Origin: an uncultured Comamonas sp.
GTDB lineage: Bacteria > Pseudomonadota > Gammaproteobacteria > Burkholderiales > Burkholderiaceae_C
DNA length: 64,000 bases
Assembly (NCBI GenBank): GCA_947306475.1
Contig: CAMZGS010000007.1
Coordinates: forward strand, 26,598 to 90,597
Direction: 5' to 3'
This document shows, piece by piece, positions 58,082 through 64,000 of the stretch (position 1 is its first letter; each line of letters opens with the position of its first letter). The notes beneath the pieces were generated by a model that saw only the letters and a program-made list of their open reading frames with translations, made no database searches and had not been told where the DNA came from. A program made the translations under genes and the position numbers.

Positions 58082-60961
58082 TTACTTGGTCAACACAAAG
58101 CCCTTGAGTTTGGCGAAAGCAGCTTCCACCAGGGTCTTTTGCTGCTCCACGTGCAGGTGTGCATAGCCGCAGGCCGGGCTGGCGCTGGCCGGGCGGCCTG
58201 CGTAACCCAGTTTCTGACCAGCAGACATGTTTTCGTAGATGTTGTGCTGGATGAAGAACCACGCGCCTTGGTTTTGCGGCTCGTCCTGGCACCACACGAT
58301 GTCGGTGGCCTTGCTGTACTTCTTCAGTTCAGCAGCAAAGGCCTTGTGCGGGAAGGGATAGAGCTGCTCGACGCGGATGATGGCCACGTCGCTGGCACCC
58401 AGCTCTGCACGCTTCTTCACCAGGTCGTAGTACACCTTGCCCGAGCAAGCGATCACACGCTTGACCTTGGCGGCGTTTTTCACGATGGCTTCGTTCTGTT
58501 CCCCAAGCACGGTCTGGAAACCGCCCTTGATGAACTCGGACAGGGGCGAGGTGGCGTCCTTGTTGCGCAGCAGCGACTTGGGCGTGAAGATGACCAAGGG
58601 CTTGCGCAGCTTGCGCACCATCTGACGACGCAACACGTGGAAGATCTGGCTGGCCGTGGTCGGCTGCACGATCTGCATGTTGGTGTCGGCGGCCAGCTGC
58701 ATGAAGCGTTCCACGCGGGCCGAGCTGTGCTCGGGGCCCTGACCTTCGTAGCCATGCGGCAGCATCAGCGTCAGGCCGTTGATGCGGCCCCACTTGACTT
58801 CGCCGGAGGCGATAAACTGGTCGATCACCACTTGCGCGCCGTTGGCAAAGTCACCGAACTGCGCTTCCCAGATCACCAGGGTGTTGGGGTCGTTGGAGGC
58901 GTAGCCGTATTCAAAGCCCAGCACAGCCTCTTCGGACAGGATGGAGTCGATGACGACAAACGGTGCCTGCTTGTCGGCCACGTTCTGCAGCGGGATGTAG
59001 GTACCTTCGTCCCACTTCTCGCGCTTCTGGTCGTGAATCACGGCGTGGCGGTGGGTGAAGGTGCCGCGGCCGCAGTCCTCACCGGACAGGCGCACGGGAT
59101 AGCCCGAAGCCACCAGCGAGGCAAAGGCCATGTGCTCACCCATGCCCCAGTCCACATTGATCTCGCCTCGGCCCATGGCGGCGCGATCGTCGATCACCTT
59201 CTTGACCAGGGGGTGCGGTGTCACGGTATCGGGCAGCGTGGTGATGCGCTCGGCCAGACGCTTCCACTCGGTCAGCGGAATGGCGGTGTCGGCAGCGTCG
59301 GTCCACTTCTGGTTCAGGAAGGGGCTCCAGTCCACAGCGTACTGGCTCTTGAAGTTGGTCAGCACCGGATCCACGGTATGACGGCCTTCATCCAGGGCAG
59401 CACGGTAGGCCTTGACCATGTCGTCACCCAGCGTTTCGCCCAGGCCTTGCGCAGCCAGCTTGTCGGCGTACAGCTTGCGCGTGCCGGGGTGTGCGCCGAT
59501 CTTCTTGTACATCAGCGGCTGGGTGAGCATCGGGGTGTCCTGCTCGTTGTGGCCCAGCTTGCGGAAGCAGACGATGTCCACCACCACGTCCTGGCTGAAT
59601 TCCATGCGGTATTCCAGAGCCAGCTGCATGCACAGCGCCACGGCTTCCGGATCGTCGCCGTTGACGTGCAGCACGGGCGACTCAACCATCTTCACGATGT
59701 CCGTGCAGTAGGTGGTCGAGCCCTTGTCGCGCGGGTCGGAAGTGGTGAAGCCGATCTGGTTGTTGATGATGATGTGCACCGTACCGCCGGTGGTGTAGCC
59801 ACGGGTCTGCATCAGCGCCAGGGTTTCCTGGTTCACGCCCTGACCGGCGAAGGCGGCGTCACCGTGCACCAGCACGGGCAGCACCTGCTTGCCCTGCGGG
59901 TCACCACGACGATCCATGCGCGAGCGCACCGAACCTTCGACCACGGGGTTGACGATCTCCAGGTGCGAGGGGTTGAACGCCAGGCTCAGGTGCACCGGGC
60001 CGCCAGGAGTGGAGACGTCGGAGCTGAAGCCCTGGTGGTACTTCACGTCACCAGCAGGCAGGTCTTCAGGAGCGGTGTGTTCGAACTCGGCAAACAGGTC
60101 CTTGGGCATCTTGCCCAGGGTGTTGACCAGCACGTTCAGACGACCACGGTGGGCCATGCCGATCACCACTTCCTGCACGCCCTTGACACCTGCGGAGTTG
60201 ACCAGCTCGTCCATGGCCACGATGAAGGATTCACCACCTTCCAGCGAGAAGCGCTTCTGGCCGACGTACTTGGTGTGCAGGTAGCGCTCCAGACCTTCAG
60301 CGGCGGTCAGGCGCTCCAGGATGCGCTTTTTCTGCTCGGCATTGAAGACGGGCTTGGAGCGTGTGGACTCCAGCTTCTGCTGCCACCAGCGCTTTTGCAC
60401 CTGATCGGTGGTGTACATGTACTCGGCGCCAATGGTGCCGCAGTAGGTTTCGCGCAGCGCATTGAGCAATTCGCGCAGCGACATGGTTTCCTTGCCGAAG
60501 AAGGTGTTGCCCACGTTGAACACGGTTTCCTGATCAGCGTCGGTGAAACCATAGAAGCTGGGATCCAGCTCGGGGATGACGGGGCGCTCGGTGCGCTTGA
60601 GGGGGTCCAGATCGGCCCAGCGCTGACCCACGTTGCGGTAGGCCGCGATCAGCTGCTGCACGGCCACGCGCTTGCGGCCCATTTCGGTGTCGGCACCGTT
60701 GGCCACCACCACCGCGGTGTGCCCCTGCTTGGCGCGCTCAGCAAAAGCGTTGATGACCGGCTGGTGGGGAACGTCCTTGGCATCGGTGCCATCCACGGCG
60801 GGCACATGTTGCAGTGCGTCAAAGTATTCACGCCAGGAATCTGGAACACTGCCGGGGTTGGCCAGATAGTTTTCGTACATCTCTTCGACGTAGGGGGCGT
60901 TGCCGCCAAAGAGATATGTGTTGCCTTGGTAGGCTTGGTAAACAGAGGGCTGATCGCTCAT
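58082..60961 (-). CDS. sucA: 2-oxoglutarate dehydrogenase E1 component
   Basis: MSDQPSVYQAYQGNTYLFGGNAPYVEEMYENYL is a typical SucA N-terminus, with ThDP-binding regions throughout. Start set at ATG 60961. The 300-codon in-frame extension in the track is non-coding. Confidence 0.95.
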   Translation of the reverse strand: MSDQPSVYQAYQGNTYLFGGNAPYVEEMYENYLANPGSVPDSWREYFDALQHVPAVDGTDAKDVPHQPVINAFAERAKQGHTAVVVANGADTEMGRKRVAVQQLIAAYRNVGQRWADLDPLKRTERPVIPELDPSFYGFTDADQETVFNVGNTFFGKETMSLRELLNALRETYCGTIGAEYMYTTDQVQKRWWQQKLESTRSKPVFNAEQKKRILERLTAAEGLERYLHTKYVGQKRFSLEGGESFIVAMDELVNSAGVKGVQEVVIGMAHRGRLNVLVNTLGKMPKDLFAEFEHTAPEDLPAGDVKYHQGFSSDVSTPGGPVHLSLAFNPSHLEIVNPVVEGSVRSRMDRRGDPQGKQVLPVLVHGDAAFAGQGVNQETLALMQTRGYTTGGTVHIIINNQIGFTTSDPRDKGSTTYCTDIVKMVESPVLHVNGDDPEAVALCMQLALEYRMEFSQDVVVDIVCFRKLGHNEQDTPMLTQPLMYKKIGAHPGTRKLYADKLAAQGLGETLGDDMVKAYRAALDEGRHTVDPVLTNFKSQYAVDWSPFLNQKWTDAADTAIPLTEWKRLAERITTLPDTVTPHPLVKKVIDDRAAMGRGEINVDWGMGEHMAFASLVASGYPVRLSGEDCGRGTFTHRHAVIHDQKREKWDEGTYIPLQNVADKQAPFVVIDSILSEEAVLGFEYGYASNDPNTLVIWEAQFGDFANGAQVVIDQFIASGEVKWGRINGLTLMLPHGYEGQGPEHSSARVERFMQLAADTNMQIVQPTTASQIFHVLRRQMVRKLRKPLVIFTPKSLLRNKDATSPLSEFIKGGFQTVLGEQNEAIVKNAAKVKRVIACSGKVYYDLVKKRAELGASDVAIIRVEQLYPFPHKAFAAELKKYSKATDIVWCQDEPQNQGAWFFIQHNIYENMSAGQKLGYAGRPASASPACGYAHLHVEQQKTLVEAAFAKLKGFVLTK

Positions 60962-61273
60962 GCTTCGCTGACATCCGCTTTCCTGAAGAAAGCATTCGTT
61001 GGTTGGTGAACCTTCCGCGACACGGCTGTACCGATTGGCGGATGCGACTGTGGCTGTGGAAGGGCCTGTTGTAGCGTCGGGCATTGTGCCACTGAAAGCC
61101 AAGCCCTGCGCAGACAGTCCTGCATAAGACTGCAAAGCCGTTGCTTTTCGCAATGGCACTTTCCCTGACTCGAGGCGCACGCCATCGTTCGTACCACATT
61201 GCAACATTCGGTGTTGCCCAGTGGTTCTCGCATACCATAGCGGCCACCTTGTCTCATCGCCCGGGTACCTTGC

Positions 61274-62368
61274 ATGCGCTCTGCCAACGCCACACAACGC
61301 ACTTTCATCCTGCTGCTGACCAGCGTCAGTCTTGGCTTTGCGGCCATTCTGTGGCCCTTTACCGGCGCAATCTTCTGGGCCATGGTGCTGGCCATTCTGT
61401 TTCAGCCCCTCAACCGCCGCCTGCGCGTGCGCATGCCGCGCAAGCCCAACCTGGCCACCTTTGCCACGCTGCTCACCTGTCTGGTGCTGGCAATTTTTCC
61501 CCTGACGCTGATCACCCTCTCCGTGATACAGGAGACCACAGCCATCTACAGCCGCATGATCAGCGGCCAGCTGGACTTTGGCGCGTACTTCCAGCAGATC
61601 TATGCTGCCCTGCCCTCGTGGATCGTGCAGATTCTGGAGGGCCTGCGCCTGAACAACCCCGAGATCATTCAGCAAAAGCTCTCCACCCTGGCCACCGAGG
61701 CCGGCAAGCTGATCGCTGGTCACGCAGTGCAGCTGGGCAGCAACACCCTGGGCTTTGCCGTGAGCTTCGGCATCATGCTCTACCTGCTCTACTTTCTGCT
61801 GCGCGATGGTCAGGGCCTGGCCCACAAGGTGCGTGATGCCCTGCCGCTGGAGCGCCACCACAAGCAGGAGCTGATCGAAAAATTCGCCACCGTGATCCGC
61901 GCCACGGTCAAGGGCAATGTGGTCGTGGCTGCGGCCCAGGGCGCCCTGGGTGGGCTGATCTTTGGCCTGCTGGGCATCCAGGGCGCCGTGCTCTGGGGCG
62001 TGCTGATGGCATTCCTGTCTCTGCTGCCGGCCGTGGGCGCCAGCCTGATCTGGGGCCCGGTCTCCATTTACTACCTGGCCACCGGCGCCGTCACCAAGGG
62101 CATTGTCCTGGCCGCCTACGGCGTTCTGGTGATCGGCCTGGTGGACAACCTGCTGCGCCCGCTGCTGGTGGGCAAGGACACCAAGCTGCCCGACTACATC
62201 GTGCTCATCTCCACCCTGGGCGGCATGTCGCTGTTCGGCATCACGGGCTTTGTGATCGGCCCGGTGATTGCCGCCCTGTTCATTGCCTGCTGGGACATCT
62301 ACAACCAGCCCGTGCCAGTACCGGACACCGACCCCGGAAACAGCACCACCGCCCGTTCCGATTCATAG
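61274..62368 (+). CDS. AI-2E family transporter (PerM/UPF0118)
   Basis: 364-aa polytopic protein. ...LLSLLPAVGASLIWGPVSIYYL...DNLLRPLLVG is the family signature region. Confidence 0.88.
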   Translation: MRSANATQRTFILLLTSVSLGFAAILWPFTGAIFWAMVLAILFQPLNRRLRVRMPRKPNLATFATLLTCLVLAIFPLTLITLSVIQETTAIYSRMISGQLDFGAYFQQIYAALPSWIVQILEGLRLNNPEIIQQKLSTLATEAGKLIAGHAVQLGSNTLGFAVSFGIMLYLLYFLLRDGQGLAHKVRDALPLERHHKQELIEKFATVIRATVKGNVVVAAAQGALGGLIFGLLGIQGAVLWGVLMAFLSLLPAVGASLIWGPVSIYYLATGAVTKGIVLAAYGVLVIGLVDNLLRPLLVGKDTKLPDYIVLISTLGGMSLFGITGFVIGPVIAALFIACWDIYNQPVPVPDTDPGNSTTARSDS

Positions 62369-62403
62369 GCCTGTGCCCGCGCTGTTGTTACATCTTGCCG
62401 ATA

Positions 62404-62793
62404 ATGCCGACCATGCCAAACCACACATCCAACCGACTTTTGCGTACCCTGCCCTGGATGGCTGCCCTGCCCCTGTTGCTGACGGGCTGCCTGGAGCAAA
62501 TCCCCGGCATGGGCCCTCCGCCCAAGGTGGCCGCCAAACAGAAGGAAGACCGCGCCATTGGCGGCGCCTGCCGTTATGCCGTGCGCAGCATTGAGGATTG
62601 CTACCTGCTCAACCCCAAGGCCTCCAAGAATGACGTATTTGCCGGCTGGAAGGAAATGGACGCCTACATGCGCGAGCACAAGATCGAAGGCGTTGCCTCC
62701 GTGCTGACCCCACCGCCCGGCCCGCCGATCGTGGAGCAGCCCGCCCAGGACGGCATCATCACCGAGCGCGCCTCCGACAACAAAAGCAACTGA
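62404..62793 (+). CDS. lipoprotein of unknown function
   Basis: Signal peptide with lipobox ...LPWMAALPLLLTGC, then a Cys pair (CRYAVRSIEDC). Start is uncertain (ATG 62404 or 62413; the track start is TTG 62395). Confidence 0.65.
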   Translation: MPTMPNHTSNRLLRTLPWMAALPLLLTGCLEQIPGMGPPPKVAAKQKEDRAIGGACRYAVRSIEDCYLLNPKASKNDVFAGWKEMDAYMREHKIEGVASVLTPPPGPPIVEQPAQDGIITERASDNKSN

Positions 62794-62834
62794 GCACGCC
62801 TGCGCTACCGCGCAGCGCCCGCCCCCGCAAACAG

Positions 62835-62871
62835 AAAACCCGGCCACAGCCTGTGCTGCGCCGGGTTTTTT
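62835..62871. terminator. intrinsic terminator between the lipoprotein gene (+) and rlmD (-)
   Basis: AAAACCCGGCC...GCGCCGGGTTTTTT is a GC stem with an A-run and a T-run. Confidence 0.65.
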
Positions 62872-62897
62872 CCTGGGCTGGTGCCTCGCGCTGCGGC

Positions 62898-64000
62898 TTA
62901 CTGCACGCGCTCAAACACGGCCATGCTTTCGACGTGGGCGGTGTGCGGGAACATGTTCACCACCCCGGCTGCCACGCAGCGGTAACCGGCCTGGTGCACC
63001 AGCAGGCCCGCATCGCGTGCCAGGGTGGCGGGGTTGCAGCTGACATACACCATGCGCTGGGGCGGCTGCCAGTTTTCGTGGCCGGCGGGCAGCGGTGGCG
63101 CGCCTTCGGCGCCGCTGCGGGCCTGGTGGATGTCGGCCAGCGCCTTGCACAGCGCAAAGGCGCCTTCGCGCGGTGGGTCGATCAGCCACTTGTCGGCCAC
63201 GCCATCGCCCATGAGCAGCTCGGGCGTCATCTCGAACAGGTTGCGCGCAACAAATTCCGTAGCTGCCAGCGCGCTACCAGCCTGCCTTTGCGCCTGATTT
63301 TTTGCGTAATTTTCGCGCGAGCGCGTCACCAGCGCCTCGCTGCCCTCAATGCCCAGCACCTGTCCGGCCTGGGTGGCAATCGGCAGGGTGAAGTTGCCCA
63401 GCCCGCAGAACCAGTCGATCACGCGATCGGTCTTCTGCGCGCCCAGCAGGCGCAGCGCGCGCGTCACCATCACCTGGTTGATGTGGGGGTTGACCTGGGT
63501 GAAGTCGGTGGGCTTGAACGGCATGGTGATGCCAAACTCGGGCAGGCTGTAGGCCAGCTGCGCTGCGCCTTCGGGGTCGAGCAGGTGCACCGTATCCGGA
63601 CCCTTGGGCTGCAACCACCACTGCACGCCGTGCTCGGCGCCAAAGGCGCGCAGACGTTGCAGGTCGGCCTCGCTCAGGGGTTCCAGGTGGCGCAGCACCA
63701 GGGCGATGACGCCATCGCCGCAGGCCACTTCGATCTGCGGGCAGGTGTCGCGCGCATCCATGCTGGCAATCAGGGCGCGCAGCGGCAGCAGCATGGCATC
63801 CACCTGCGGGGGCAGCACCTTGCAGGTGTGCATGTCGGCGATATAGCGGCTCTTGCGCTCGTGAAAGCCGATCAGCACCTCCCCCTTCTTGACCACATGG
63901 CGCACCGCCATGCGTGCGCGGTAGCGGTAGCCCCAGGCCGGGCCTTCGATGGGACGCAGGATGGTTTCGGCCTTGACCTTGCCCAGATGCCACAGGTTGT
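62898..64000 (-). CDS. rlmD: 23S rRNA (uracil-C5)-methyltransferase RlmD (RumA), N-terminus beyond window end
   Basis: The frame stays open upstream of the track's ATG 63911 (…[21 protein letters not shown]…) to the window edge. SAM-MTase motifs [12 protein letters not shown] and VYVSCNP.T..RD are present. Confidence 0.9.
   Translation of the reverse strand, partial: NLWHLGKVKAETILRPIEGPAWGYRYRARMAVRHVVKKGEVLIGFHERKSRYIADMHTCKVLPPQVDAMLLPLRALIASMDARDTCPQIEVACGDGVIALVLRHLEPLSEADLQRLRAFGAEHGVQWWLQPKGPDTVHLLDPEGAAQLAYSLPEFGITMPFKPTDFTQVNPHINQVMVTRALRLLGAQKTDRVIDWFCGLGNFTLPIATQAGQVLGIEGSEALVTRSRENYAKNQAQRQAGSALAATEFVARNLFEMTPELLMGDGVADKWLIDPPREGAFALCKALADIHQARSGAEGAPPLPAGHENWQPPQRMVYVSCNPATLARDAGLLVHQAGYRCVAAGVVNMFPHTAHVESMAVFERVQ

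Noticed and set aside
58049-61009. 986-aa plus-strand ORF. There are similar long antisense ORFs at 2116-4449(-), 15180-17210(+), 43456-45930(+), 46383-47831(+), 55150-56712(+), 56820-58013(+), 5263-6438(-), 7456-8805(-) and 12482-13453(-).
   Set aside because: All lie opposite strongly supported genes (sucA, the kinase, phaAB, clpA, dnaE, lpd, sucB, livK, livM, prlC) and translate to repetitive G/H/A/R/Q-rich sequences. I treat them as non-coding shadow ORFs.
60962-61861. 300-codon in-frame N-terminal extension of the sucA ORF in the track (1259 aa).
   Set aside because: The conserved SucA N-terminus begins at ATG 60961 (MSDQPSVYQAYQGNTYLFGGNAPYVEEMYENY). The extension runs antisense through the start of the AI-2E transporter gene and has no protein-like features.

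Overview
This is a GC-rich, densely coding chromosomal segment. Gene content and the intergenic repeat family look betaproteobacterial (Burkholderiales/Comamonadaceae-like); that placement is inference. I can support 53 protein-coding genes, almost all housekeeping.

In map order they are:
- ABC-F ATPase (5' truncated), an orphan GcvH-like protein, a hybrid PAS histidine kinase and an RluA-family pseudouridine synthase
- livKHMGF, an SDR, metC and prlC
- phaC-phaA-phaB on the minus strand
- pgeF, an FAH-family protein, a NUDIX hydrolase and a DUF192 protein
- a His-rich TonB-dependent receptor with a small DUF2946-like gene
- sbcB and cls
- an RND efflux operon (MFP-RND-OMF) with tightly coupled hemerythrin-like and alpha/beta-hydrolase genes
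- scoAB with a divergent PAS-LuxR regulator, then ETF-ubiquinone oxidoreductase
- a three-gene ABC importer
- clpS-clpA, dnaE, bamD and a YoaA/DinG-type helicase
- zapE and sucA-sucB-lpd
- an AI-2E transporter, a lipoprotein and rlmD (truncated by the window end)

I saw no rRNA, tRNA, CRISPR array, transposase, integrase, phage gene or recognisable defence or toxin-antitoxin module, and no compositionally foreign island. This reads as core genome rather than an accessory region.

The observations most worth a second look are:
1. A monocistronic, strongly acidic 126-aa gene of unknown function sits directly behind two tandem CTGT-N8-ACAG LexA boxes (35722-35758).
2. Two tandem micro-ORFs with Shine-Dalgarno (SD) sites (24 and 18 codons, 14917-15099) share a near-identical IWPEDERDRKR-coding core, and two of the three nucleotide differences across the conserved 14 codons are synonymous.
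3. A triple TACGTA dyad array lies in the 99-bp scoA / PAS-LuxR divergent region.
4. An abundant REP-like hairpin family has at least 11 copies, two of which run into coding termini.

The many long ORFs antisense to real genes are GC-driven artefacts. The ORF track also uses GTG and TTG starts, so several N-termini were re-set to better-supported internal starts.
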